The translations under genes and the position numbers were made by a program. DNA of 53,362 nt from a virus (Duplodnaviria; Caudoviricetes). The notes beneath the pieces were generated by a model, which made no database searches, was not told where the DNA came from, and saw only the letters and a program-made list of their open reading frames with translations. Below, one piece after another: positions 34,974-44,041 of the stretch; position 1 is the stretch's first letter, and each line of letters starts with the position of its first letter. The stretch lies in the IMG/VR virus record IMGVR_UViG_3300044707_001188, positions 1 to 53,362 of that record; one strand, 5' to 3'.

Positions 34974-37340
34974 TCAGTCGTCCTTCGCCTTGGTCTTGCT
35001 GGTCTTTGTGGAGTCGCCCGACGATTGCTCCAGCGCCTTGAGCCGCTGGTCGAGGGCCTGCAACCTGCGGTCGCTGGCCGCCTGGATCTGGGCCACCCGC
35101 GCCTTGGCGTCGGCGTCGATACGGGCGACTTCCAGCTTGGTGTCGGCTTCGCGGTTGATCTGGATGGCCCGGTTGGCCAGCTCCGCCTGGGCCTTGCGCA
35201 GCGCCTCGCTCAGGCGGTCGATCTCGGCCGCAGCCTCGGAGCGGACCTTGGCCAAGGCCTCCTGCATCCCGGCCTGGCCCTGGGCTTCACCCTCGACCCC
35301 CACCATGCCCGCCTCGGCCTCCAGCTTGGCGGCCCGGGCGTTGATCTCCCGCACCTTGGCCTGCTGCTCGGACAGCGCGGCTCGGGCAGTCTCGCGCTGC
35401 AACTCCATCGCTTCGGCCTGCATCTGCGCCTGCTGCTCGGCTTGCGCCTGCTCATCGGGCGTCATCGGCTTGGAGGTATCGCGGTCCCCGGTCAGCTTGC
35501 GGATCTGATCGGCGATCTCGTCCTTGTTGGGCAGGTCCGAGAACTCCATCGCGATGGTCAGCACACGCAGCGAGATCTCAGGCGGCAAGCGGTTGGCCAG
35601 CTCGCCCAGGCGCTCGAACATGACCTGGCGCATGGTCCCCGCGTAGTCCTGCTCGGCGACAACAAAGTCGCCCATGCTGGCGGTGATGTCGTTCATCCAC
35701 CGCACGCTGCCGTCGGGCTGCACCTCGGGCTGGTTGATACGCACCCACTCCAGCGCGCCCTTGGCGCCGGTCAGGCGGATCACCTTCTCCTGCGTGTACC
35801 ACTGCTCCACCAGGGACAGCTGCTTCTCGCCCTGCACCTGGGTCGCCAGGCGCAGGTTGTCGAACGGCTCGGTGGTGACAACGGAGCCCTGCAATTGCCG
35901 CGCCTCGATGGCCTTGCCCGACACGGCGTTGGTCTGCCGGCCCATGTTTTCGTCGGCGACGCCGCCCGAGCGCTGGATGCCCCGCATCCCAAGCTCCATC
36001 ATCTGGATCTGGCCGGTGGCAGCGTCGGTGTCGCGGCGGATCTCCAGCTTGCGGCCGGCCTTGTAGACCACGACACCGTCGGGCCGGTCAGCCTCGTCGC
36101 GCAGGGTCTCCCAGTCCTCGGTCGCGCCTTCCTCGGCCAGGATCTGGTTGCTGTTCAGCATGAACAGCGCCTTGGACGCGCGCTTGTTGATGTCCTGCTG
36201 GATGTCGCGCACCCGGCGGATGGCGCCGTAAGGCAGCCGGTCGCGGCTACGGCGGTAGCACCAGATCGGCGTCAGAGAAAACCGGTTGTGCCGGTACTGG
36301 CTCGGGCCGCTGCCCAGCAGATGCGACTCTGTGAACACCGCGATGTGCACACGCATCATCAGCTTGTCCACGATCATGCTGCCCAAGCGCCCCAAGGCGT
36401 CGGCCAGCGCACGGTCGGCGGGGTTGAAGATCGCGCCGCGCAGCGGCCCCTCATCGACGATGCGTACCTGGGCGGGCTTGCGGTATTGGCACTCGATCAG
36501 CTTGACCCGTCGGCGCCGCGCATCGGCCAGCTGGCCGACGCCTGCGGCGTAGAGCGTGCCGGTCTTCACATTGCTGAGGTCGTGCGCGGTGTACCAGGTC
36601 TCCTCTTCCCAGCCGTCGGTGGTCAAGTGCGTGCCTTCCTCGACCGCCTGGCGGATGCAGTCGGCACGGTCAGGGAACATCAGAAGCGCCACATCCTCGT
36701 CCACCCAACGCCAGCGGAACAGGTAGCGCGCGTCCGACAAGTCGTGCTCGTAGGCGTTGCTGTCCCACAGCACGTTGCGCCAGTCCTCGTACTTCGAGTA
36801 CAGGATGTCCTGGGTCGGGTCGTCGCGCACCCCGTCGTCCATCCAGCCCACGCCAGCCTTGATGGCGTCCGCGAAGGCGCGAGATCGCAGGAAGGTGACG
36901 CGGTTGATGTCCGAGACGTACTTCAAGACCCGCGTCTTGACATCGGCCAGGTCGACGTCGTCCTCGGTGCGCGGCAGCACGCGCCAGTCCACCCGGGTCC
37001 GCCGCTCGGTGCCGATCAACCAGTCGACCATCGGCGCGATCTCGTTGTAGACCAGGGGCATTTGCCCGCGCTCGCGCAGGACGGCGGCGTCCTCGGGATC
37101 CCACTGCAACGAGTCATAGAAGTCGCAGTCCATCGCCATGTCCAGGCGGTTCAGCGACTGGCGCTCCTTCTCGTAGAAGTACCACTCGAGCAGCTGGCGC
37201 AGCTCGCGCCGGGCCTGCTCCGAGTCCAGCTTGTGCTGGCCAGCCGAGGCTGTCACCACCGCGCTCTGGGGCCGCAGCACCTCGTCCAGCGAGCCCCCGT
37301 CGCGGCGGCGGCGGGAGAACTCCAGCGGCTCAATGGGCAT
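34974..37340 (-). CDS. Portal protein (P22-like, long C-terminal coil)
   Basis: DFYD..QW, P..YN.I, G.G W, DLSDARY, PYG.IR..RD.Q..INKR.SK, SG.AI..RQ.QG. Confidence 0.92.
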   Translation of the reverse strand: MPIEPLEFSRRRRDGGSLDEVLRPQSAVVTASAGQHKLDSEQARRELRQLLEWYFYEKERQSLNRLDMAMDCDFYDSLQWDPEDAAVLRERGQMPLVYNEIAPMVDWLIGTERRTRVDWRVLPRTEDDVDLADVKTRVLKYVSDINRVTFLRSRAFADAIKAGVGWMDDGVRDDPTQDILYSKYEDWRNVLWDSNAYEHDLSDARYLFRWRWVDEDVALLMFPDRADCIRQAVEEGTHLTTDGWEEETWYTAHDLSNVKTGTLYAAGVGQLADARRRRVKLIECQYRKPAQVRIVDEGPLRGAIFNPADRALADALGRLGSMIVDKLMMRVHIAVFTESHLLGSGPSQYRHNRFSLTPIWCYRRSRDRLPYGAIRRVRDIQQDINKRASKALFMLNSNQILAEEGATEDWETLRDEADRPDGVVVYKAGRKLEIRRDTDAATGQIQMMELGMRGIQRSGGVADENMGRQTNAVSGKAIEARQLQGSVVTTEPFDNLRLATQVQGEKQLSLVEQWYTQEKVIRLTGAKGALEWVRINQPEVQPDGSVRWMNDITASMGDFVVAEQDYAGTMRQVMFERLGELANRLPPEISLRVLTIAMEFSDLPNKDEIADQIRKLTGDRDTSKPMTPDEQAQAEQQAQMQAEAMELQRETARAALSEQQAKVREINARAAKLEAEAGMVGVEGEAQGQAGMQEALAKVRSEAAAEIDRLSEALRKAQAELANRAIQINREADTKLEVARIDADAKARVAQIQAASDRRLQALDQRLKALEQSSGDSTKTSKTKAKDD

Positions 37341-37749
37341 AGGTCGCGCCCTCGCGCTCGATGCGGATGTCCTGCTGCGCCAGCACCTGCCCGTCGGCGC
37401 GCAGCGTCATCGCCCCGACGCTGCCCGGGTAGAACTCGGCCGGCGGGGCCGAGGGCATCTTCACCAGGTCGGGCAGCCCGTCATGGATGATCCCGGCAAC
37501 CCGCACCCAGTTGGCCCGGCTGGGCTCGATGCCCAGCACTTCGCAGGCCGTGACGCACTGGCGGGCCAAGTAGGCGGGGTCGTCGTAGCGCCAGGCTGAC
37601 GAGTCGCAGACGATGTACCAGGGTGCGCCGGGCCGATGGGCAGGCAGCAGCACCATCGCGCGCTCGTCATTGACCCAGGTGAAGACAACCACCAAGTCAC
37701 CGTGCTGGCGAGTCGCGTAAGCCTTGCGAGGATTGAGGGTTGCGGGCAT
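37330..37749 (-). CDS. Conserved hypothetical phage protein preceding portal
   Basis: ATG 37749 (MPATLNPRKAY); overlaps portal start; IHDGLPDLVKMP. Confidence 0.75.
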   Translation of the reverse strand: MPATLNPRKAYATRQHGDLVVVFTWVNDERAMVLLPAHRPGAPWYIVCDSSAWRYDDPAYLARQCVTACEVLGIEPSRANWVRVAGIIHDGLPDLVKMPSAPPAEFYPGSVGAMTLRADGQVLAQQDIRIEREGATYAH

Positions 37750-37779
37750 GATTGAGCGTCGTCGGGAATGTGGCGAGGC

Positions 37780-37790
37780 TGCCATGCTTG
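37780..37790 (-). promoter_or_regulatory. Putative late-promoter motif CAAGCATGGCA (copy 5, portal operon)
   Basis: Exact 11-mer 30 nt upstream of ATG 37749, at the boundary of the moron. Confidence 0.65.
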
Positions 37791-37819
37791 GGGCGATACA
37801 ACGAGATTTCGGAGCACCT

Positions 37820-40800
37820 ATGGATAAGTCGTTGATTATCGTTATTGACCAGTTTTCAGATCGAGTTCTCGATAATAGCAATGTAACACTATTTGATTAT
37901 GGAAAGCTAGAGAAGGTAGCATATATTGATAACTATTACAATGTATACAATGGAAGTTTTTCAGGATACGGGAATTATGACGATCTGCTACTAGTCGAGG
38001 ACTATGGATACGGGTTCTTCCCGGTTTCAAAAGACGGGGTATTGTATTCGTACACGTCAGATCTAGATTTCATTGCTCGACAATCATTCATTGATATATT
38101 TGGGCTAACCGCTTACGCAGACAATTACCTTAGCCTTTCTCGAACAAATCAATCATCAGAACTTTCAGTAAATCATGGGGATTGGGTTGTTGAAGCACTC
38201 TTGCAAACTCTTGATCGACCGCAGTACACCGAAATAATTTGTATCGACGTCGACACCTTGAATGGCGAGTACTCTCATTTTGATGATGTCTTTGATCAAA
38301 CATTAATCTATTTTGATGGATCAACGTTTATCGGATCCAACCTTGAGAAGATATTGACATCTTTTCTTTCCTCGAATGACACTAGATTTAGTATATCTGG
38401 CTCCACACAATACGCTTTAGGAGGCATCAGCCTATCTATCGGAGGCACATTACCAGATATCAATGAGGCAATTTTCTTGGATTTCTTAGAAACTGCAAGA
38501 GTCCCTATATTTCAAGCCGCACCAAATGTCAACCAAGGATTTTATGATTATGCGATGGTGTTTCCAAACGTTATTACGGTTGGCGCATGGAATAAATCAA
38601 ACGCAAACGGTCTCCTCTTGGGATCGGATAGCACAATCGCAACGATAGATATAGTTGCGGATGGTTTGGTTTCCAAGAACGGATGGGGTTGGAACTTTGG
38701 AACATCATTTGCCACCCCAAAAGTAGCAGCCGAGTTTTTGAATATACTTAATGATGCGATTGTTTCATTGAACAATTCGGGGAAAAGCCTCTCGGATATT
38801 GAAACGCCAGATATTGAGGGAATTATTTATTCGAATTTCGTCAATTCCATAATACACGCAATATCGACAGATGTACTAGCAACAATAAATGGAGAACAAA
38901 TTTCGGGCATAAAAGTTCTTACGTCCACAGTCGAACAAAACGGATTTATACCAAAGACGGTAAGCGGCGTAAGTGGGTCAAGTTTTGTGATTTCAAGCGC
39001 ATCGGCGGATGTGCCTCAAGTCAATAGACCGCCGAACGGAAGCGTTACGATTACTGGTAATGCAATCCAAGGTCAGGTCTTGACAGCATCGAATACTCTG
39101 TCGGATGCTGATGGGTTAGGTGTGATCACCTACACGTGGCGAGCGGGCGGCACACCAGTCGGTACCGGGACAACGTACACACTGAGCCACGCTGAGGTCG
39201 GCAAGACAATTACAGTCACAGCCAGCTACATCGACGGCGGCAACACCATGGAGTCGGTCTCAAGTGCTGCCACCGCCACGGTAGCCAATATCGAAGACGC
39301 TCCCGTAATTGTGGCTGGTGATGGCATAGTTACGACAAAAATAGGTTCGGAACAAAATATAGCACAAGGCGTTTTATTACAGCCCGATCAGAAAATCCTA
39401 ATTGTCGGCTACAGCAATAACGGGAAGTACCACGAATTTGCACTTATTCGCTACAACATAGATGGCAGCCTCGATACAAGTTTTGATTTTGATGGAAAGG
39501 TCACGACTGCAATAGGATCAAGTAGGGCAGAGGCTTCAAGCGCTCTACTGCAACCCGATGGAAAGATTTTGTTGGCAGGTGGCAGCGATCAAGAGTTTAC
39601 CCTTGCACGATACAACGACAATGGAGATCTTGACTCGACTTTTGGCAATAGCGGTATAGTCACTATGTCAGTCACGGCGGGGGCCGATATCGGACACAGT
39701 GTTGCACTACAGCCGGATGGAAAAATTCTATTTGCCGGATATAGCCTTAACGGCAACACCAGTGATTACTCCCTTGTACGCCTCAATTCCAACGGCAGCT
39801 TAGACTCTCTTTTTGGCCAAGGCGGCAAGGTTATTACTCCGATTGGGACAGGCGATGATTTCGGATTAAGTACAACGCTTCAGTCTGACGGGAAGATATT
39901 GGTAGCTGGCTATAGTCACAACGGAAGTAACAATGATTTCTCCCTCGCTCGCTACAATACTAATGGGAGCCTCGATACAAGCTTTGATTTTGATGGCAAG
40001 GTCACGATTGCAATTGGGTCAAGTAGAGACGAAGCTCGCGGGATCACGGTGCAGTCGGATGGAAAAATCTTGATGGCTGGATTTTCCTACACTCAGATAA
40101 GTGGGAATTTTGATTTTGCAATCGTCCGCCTTAATCCGAATGGCAGTCTTGATCAGACGTTTGGCGACAAAGGCAAAGTTATTACTTCGATAGGCATCGG
40201 TGATGATATTTCTCGGAGTATCACCCTTCAACCTGATGGCAAAATATTGGTATTGGGCTACTGCTCAAATTCTGAATCCAATGATTTCGCGCTCGCCCGC
40301 TACAACACCGACGGAAGTCTAGATACCACGTTTGATTCAGATGGTATAGTCACGACTTCGATTGGAATTGGTAATGATTTTGGATTGAGCGTTACGGTTC
40401 AATCGAATGGCAAGATATTAGCGGCGGGGTATAGTGAAGATAAATTCGCCCTCGTTCGATATAACTCGGATGGTAGCCTGGATAAGGGATTTGATTCAAT
40501 TGGGGGCACTGGCTTAAATGTGAGCGTCAGGACTTGGAACACTAATTCATCAATGCCAAGTGTTGGCGTTACAATCGGACAAAACACACTTGCGACTGAT
40601 CCATTAGGGCTTGCTAACTTTGTGTCTGCTGTCGACTCTTCTACGTTGGTATCCGCCGCCGTCGCGTCTTCCTCTTCTGTCTACAGTGGCGCATCACAGT
40701 CCGTCACCCTTCAAGATGCTGTCTCCATCCTGAAAATGATCGGTGGTCAATCAGCAGACGCCACACCCGTTTCGCGCTTTCAGTCGCTGGCCGCAGACTT

Positions 40801-41047
40801 CGACGGTTCAGGCACTGTCAGCCTCGCCGACGCCCTTGGGGTGCTGCGGCACGCAGTAGGGCTTCCGGCCCCGACACCGTCCTGGGTCTTCGTCGAAGAA
40901 GGTGACGACGCACTTTCGTCGGTCCTGAGTCCGGGCGTTCCTGTCCCTGTGACCGTCGACGTGACCCCACCCGGTCCCATCGAGGTCAACCTGATCGGAG
41001 TCCTTCGCGGAGACGTGGACGGCAGCTACGGCGTCTACGGCAGTTGA
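37820..41047 (+). CDS. Moron: S8 subtilase-like domain + Ig/cadherin-like domain + 7 delta-60 repeats + dockerin/EF-hand-like C-terminus
   Basis: GGAG RBS and ATG 37820; candidate triad IIVID / NHGDWV / GTSFATP, with AAPN at the oxyanion position; NRPPNGSVTITG..DADGLG; (L/V)Q(P/S)DGKIL..RYN.DGSLD repeats x7; ADFDGSGTVSLADA, GDVDGS; much more AT-rich than flanks; opposite strand. Confidence 0.85.
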   Translation: MDKSLIIVIDQFSDRVLDNSNVTLFDYGKLEKVAYIDNYYNVYNGSFSGYGNYDDLLLVEDYGYGFFPVSKDGVLYSYTSDLDFIARQSFIDIFGLTAYADNYLSLSRTNQSSELSVNHGDWVVEALLQTLDRPQYTEIICIDVDTLNGEYSHFDDVFDQTLIYFDGSTFIGSNLEKILTSFLSSNDTRFSISGSTQYALGGISLSIGGTLPDINEAIFLDFLETARVPIFQAAPNVNQGFYDYAMVFPNVITVGAWNKSNANGLLLGSDSTIATIDIVADGLVSKNGWGWNFGTSFATPKVAAEFLNILNDAIVSLNNSGKSLSDIETPDIEGIIYSNFVNSIIHAISTDVLATINGEQISGIKVLTSTVEQNGFIPKTVSGVSGSSFVISSASADVPQVNRPPNGSVTITGNAIQGQVLTASNTLSDADGLGVITYTWRAGGTPVGTGTTYTLSHAEVGKTITVTASYIDGGNTMESVSSAATATVANIEDAPVIVAGDGIVTTKIGSEQNIAQGVLLQPDQKILIVGYSNNGKYHEFALIRYNIDGSLDTSFDFDGKVTTAIGSSRAEASSALLQPDGKILLAGGSDQEFTLARYNDNGDLDSTFGNSGIVTMSVTAGADIGHSVALQPDGKILFAGYSLNGNTSDYSLVRLNSNGSLDSLFGQGGKVITPIGTGDDFGLSTTLQSDGKILVAGYSHNGSNNDFSLARYNTNGSLDTSFDFDGKVTIAIGSSRDEARGITVQSDGKILMAGFSYTQISGNFDFAIVRLNPNGSLDQTFGDKGKVITSIGIGDDISRSITLQPDGKILVLGYCSNSESNDFALARYNTDGSLDTTFDSDGIVTTSIGIGNDFGLSVTVQSNGKILAAGYSEDKFALVRYNSDGSLDKGFDSIGGTGLNVSVRTWNTNSSMPSVGVTIGQNTLATDPLGLANFVSAVDSSTLVSAAVASSSSVYSGASQSVTLQDAVSILKMIGGQSADATPVSRFQSLAADFDGSGTVSLADALGVLRHAVGLPAPTPSWVFVEEGDDALSSVLSPGVPVPVTVDVTPPGPIEVNLIGVLRGDVDGSYGVYGS

Positions 41048-41059
41048 TCCGCGCTCTGA

Positions 41060-42358
41060 TCACACAGCCATCGCACTCCCCTTCCTCCGCAGCCCCACCG
41101 CGGTCCCCGACCGAAACCGATCCTCCGCCACCACGCACATCAGCCCGAACGCATCGGCGCCGTGACTCGACCAGTCATGCTCCGGCCCCAGGCCAATGCT
41201 GCGAGCCTCGTCCTTGCGCTCGTGATACCAGCCGAGCGCATCCAGCCCCGCTGAGGTCGTCGCCTCGTTGAACCAGACCGACGTGAACAGCCGCCGCCCG
41301 GCCTCGATGCGCGCTGCAGCTGCGCCGCGGCCTTGGTTGGGCACCACCTCCACTGCATAGCCCGCCTGGCGCAGCGCGGACTCGTAGCTGACGTCGAAAA
41401 CCTTGTCGTGGGTCGACCCGTCGTGCGGCAGCCAGATGTCGGCCTTGCCAGGCGCGTAGCCCTGCGCACGCATCCACGCCAGATGCGCCGCCAGCGGCTG
41501 GCCCACGGCCTCGTAGTAGTTCAGGACGCGGATCTCTCGCCCGACGAACTGCGCCACCCAGATCGTGAAAGCGTCGGCCCTCGCGCCCGTGCCGCCAATG
41601 TCGCAGAACAGGCGCACCGTCATCAGCGGGTCGGCAGCGACCTTGCCGATGCGGCCGGCGGCGCGCGCCTCGGCCAGCACCCGGGCGTAGTACGCACCCT
41701 CGAGCACCGTGGCGTAGCCGCCTTCCCAGATGTGGCTGTACTGCTCAGGCGTGTCGCGCAGGCAGTCCTGGCGCTCCTGCTTCAACACCGCGGGGAAGCG
41801 CGGGTTGTCGGCCCAGTTGGCACGCACCACCACCGCGCCGGTGGGCAGCGTCGCGCCGCGCAGCATCATGTCCACCGCGTCGGTCTTGCGCCGAGGGTTC
41901 CACGAGAACCAAAGCTCGGAGCCCTCCGCCCGCAGCGTCGGCCGCAGCAACTGCAGCGACCTGGCCGACAGCGACTGCGCCTCCTCCACCCAGGCACGCC
42001 GGTAGCCTTCCAGGCTCTTGATGCTCTCGGCGCTGTGGTCCTGCATGCCGATGAAGGTGATCAGGCCATCGCCTGGCGCCTGGATGACCTCGTTGAACAC
42101 CTTGAACCCGTCGGCCTCGCCGATGCCCAGCGCCGAGAGCTTGTCCTCGATCAGCCGCTTGCTCGACTCCTTCAACGTCTTCTGCACCTCGCGGATGCAC
42201 ACCGAGCGCATGCCCTTGTGGCAGATGTGATCCTCGATCAGCAGCTCGGCGAAGAAGTGCGACTTGCCGCTGCCCCGGCCGCCGTAGGCACCCTTGTACC
42301 GGGCTGGGCCCAGCAGTGGACGGAACACCCGCGCAGTGTCAAGCGTCAGGTTTCTCAA
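41060..42358 (-). CDS. terL: Terminase large subunit (PBSX/Terminase_3 type)
   Basis: GGRGSGKS Walker A, CIRE.Q, WVEEAQ Walker B, SWNP, DIG, HDWSSHGADAF. Confidence 0.95.
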   Translation of the reverse strand: MRNLTLDTARVFRPLLGPARYKGAYGGRGSGKSHFFAELLIEDHICHKGMRSVCIREVQKTLKESSKRLIEDKLSALGIGEADGFKVFNEVIQAPGDGLITFIGMQDHSAESIKSLEGYRRAWVEEAQSLSARSLQLLRPTLRAEGSELWFSWNPRRKTDAVDMMLRGATLPTGAVVVRANWADNPRFPAVLKQERQDCLRDTPEQYSHIWEGGYATVLEGAYYARVLAEARAAGRIGKVAADPLMTVRLFCDIGGTGARADAFTIWVAQFVGREIRVLNYYEAVGQPLAAHLAWMRAQGYAPGKADIWLPHDGSTHDKVFDVSYESALRQAGYAVEVVPNQGRGAAAARIEAGRRLFTSVWFNEATTSAGLDALGWYHERKDEARSIGLGPEHDWSSHGADAFGLMCVVAEDRFRSGTAVGLRRKGSAMAV

Positions 42359-42770
42359 GGGTCACCCCCACGTCGATGATGCGACGCGTGACCGAGGTCA
42401 CCGCGCCCGAGTGCTCGACCTTCTGCGGCGCGTTGAAGCCGTGCATGGCGTTCAATTCCTTGACGGCCGAGACGATGTCGCTCGCCCGCTCGGCGTCCCG
42501 TATCACGCCCATCAGAGAACGCACGCTGTCCTCGCGCGACCAAAGCGACCGCTTGGCCAAATCGGCACGGTGCTCGGCAACCCTTGCGATAACCTCAGGC
42601 TTCGCGCTCAACCGGCTGGCCCGCTCCCAAACGGCGGATTCCTTCCAGGTGGTCGATTTCGCATAGGCAGTGCGATAGGCCTCGGCCTGGGATTTACCAC
42701 TCGCCACCAGGAGCGCGAAGGCTTCCTGCTGCGGCGTCAGCGAGCCGGTGTCGTCGTCGGTCTTGTTCAT
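42339..42770 (-). CDS. terS: Terminase small subunit
   Basis: LTPQQEAFA..AEAYR.AY..ASRL; A.KELN.MHG; KVEHSG; overlaps terL; ATG 42770. Confidence 0.85.
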   Translation of the reverse strand: MNKTDDDTGSLTPQQEAFALLVASGKSQAEAYRTAYAKSTTWKESAVWERASRLSAKPEVIARVAEHRADLAKRSLWSREDSVRSLMGVIRDAERASDIVSAVKELNAMHGFNAPQKVEHSGAVTSVTRRIIDVGVTLEKPDA

Positions 42771-43123
42771 CGCGGTTCCTGTCGTCTTGGTTGAGGGTCG
42801 GCACACAGCACGGCGCGATATCGCAGATACCGGCACGGTATGGATGGCCCGCCGCAGGGTGTGGCTTCTATGTGGCCGAGGGTGCGCAGGTAGTGCAGCG
42901 CCCAGCTCACGGTCTTCTGGCTGCGCCCGACCGCACGGACGATCTCCGCGGTGCGGTGCCAGCGCTTCGGGTGCTGGCGCAGATGCTTGAGCACAGCATC
43001 GCTGACGCTGCCAGACTGGATCGCGCCGGGTGGGCGAGGATTCGGGATGGCCTGGCGCAGCGACGGTGCCGACATGGCCACGGGGTAGGAGACCAGTTGC
43101 TGGGTGAGCCAGAGAAGCGTCAT
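42767..43123 (-). CDS. Winged-helix DNA-binding protein, candidate late regulator
   Basis: AVLKHL..TAEIVRAVGRSQKTVSWALHYL..GHI; ATGA-coupled between RuvC-like gene and terS. Confidence 0.65.
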   Translation of the reverse strand: MTLLWLTQQLVSYPVAMSAPSLRQAIPNPRPPGAIQSGSVSDAVLKHLRQHPKRWHRTAEIVRAVGRSQKTVSWALHYLRTLGHIEATPCGGPSIPCRYLRYRAVLCADPQPRRQEPR

Positions 43124-43647
43124 GCTGTCAGCGCTCCGACATCGCCACGGCAGGCAAAGTGCAACAACGCCAGTGCGTCGGCCTCGTTGTCGTCGCCAGG
43201 GTCGAAGCCGAGGCTGTGCATGGCGCTGATGACCTCATCCTTGCCGGCATTGCCGCGCCCGGTAGCCGAGCGCTTGATGGTCGCCACCGGCACGCCCTGA
43301 TAAGGCACACCGACAGATTCGCACCAGGCCGCCAGATGGCCCAGAAAAGCCCCGTAGGCGTGCGCGGCCGCCGTACCCTTATGCGCCCTCACCTCTTCGA
43401 AGAAAACGCCTCCTAGAGGCCCTACGCCCCGCTGAAGCTCGTTCAGCCAGGCCACGAACCTGAGCAGCGGCATACCGCCGCCCTCAAACCGCCCGGGTTT
43501 GAAGCGCTGCGTGCCGGAAATGATCTGCCCAGTGCCGTCGCGAATCGCCCAGCCGGTGTTCTGGCCGAGATCGAGCGCGAGTACGGGGTCGCTGCCGGTA
43601 ATCGTCGATCCGGGCTGCGGCGATGAGGGCTGGTGTTTTCTGGACAT
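43120..43647 (-). CDS. RuvC-like Holliday junction resolvase
   Basis: LALDLG..TGWA, FEEV, K...TG.GNA.K, DDNEADALA; GGAGG RBS. Confidence 0.9.
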   Translation of the reverse strand: MSRKHQPSSPQPGSTITGSDPVLALDLGQNTGWAIRDGTGQIISGTQRFKPGRFEGGGMPLLRFVAWLNELQRGVGPLGGVFFEEVRAHKGTAAAHAYGAFLGHLAAWCESVGVPYQGVPVATIKRSATGRGNAGKDEVISAMHSLGFDPGDDNEADALALLHFACRGDVGALTA

Positions 43648-43769
43648 GCGTCCTCCATGGTTGTCGGGTCAACCTGGAGGAGCGCTGGCACTGCCGGGTC
43701 AGGGCGGTGCGGCTCCCTCACGTCGGGATTCGGCGCCGGTGGCCTCAAGCCGGACCGGCTGCCGAGGAA

Positions 43770-43950
43770 AACTTTCAAAATTTCAGTCATTCAACCCCGT
43801 CTACTATTGAGAGGGGGTCTCTATAACTTCAATATTTCATTCATTCAATATATATCGAAGATCAAGGGCAGAGAGGCCCACCCGTCGCGCGCGAGAGGAT
43901 GTGTGTATATCTATAGACCCCCCTTGAAGGTTTGAAGTTTTGAAGCGAAC
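43770..43950. other. Putative replication origin
   Basis: AT-rich intergenic region after primase; TTCA triplets at 8-bp period (43774/82/90; 43828/36/44) and inverted TGAA triplet (43925/33/41); GGGGGTCT..TATA / TATAGACCCCCC inverted pair. Confidence 0.6.
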
Positions 43951-44041
43951 GTCGGAATCGAAGCAAATCCTTTACCGATCAAAGACTTGCGTGATCGATA
44001 CCGTCGCTTGCGCCTTGAAGCTCGCATTGTGAAGGCATCCA

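Noticed and set aside
37724-37819. Upstream TTG start for the moron, and the 37881 start for the pre-portal gene
   Set aside because: They would overlap each other and the late motif; ATG 37820 (with GGAG) and ATG 37749 fit better
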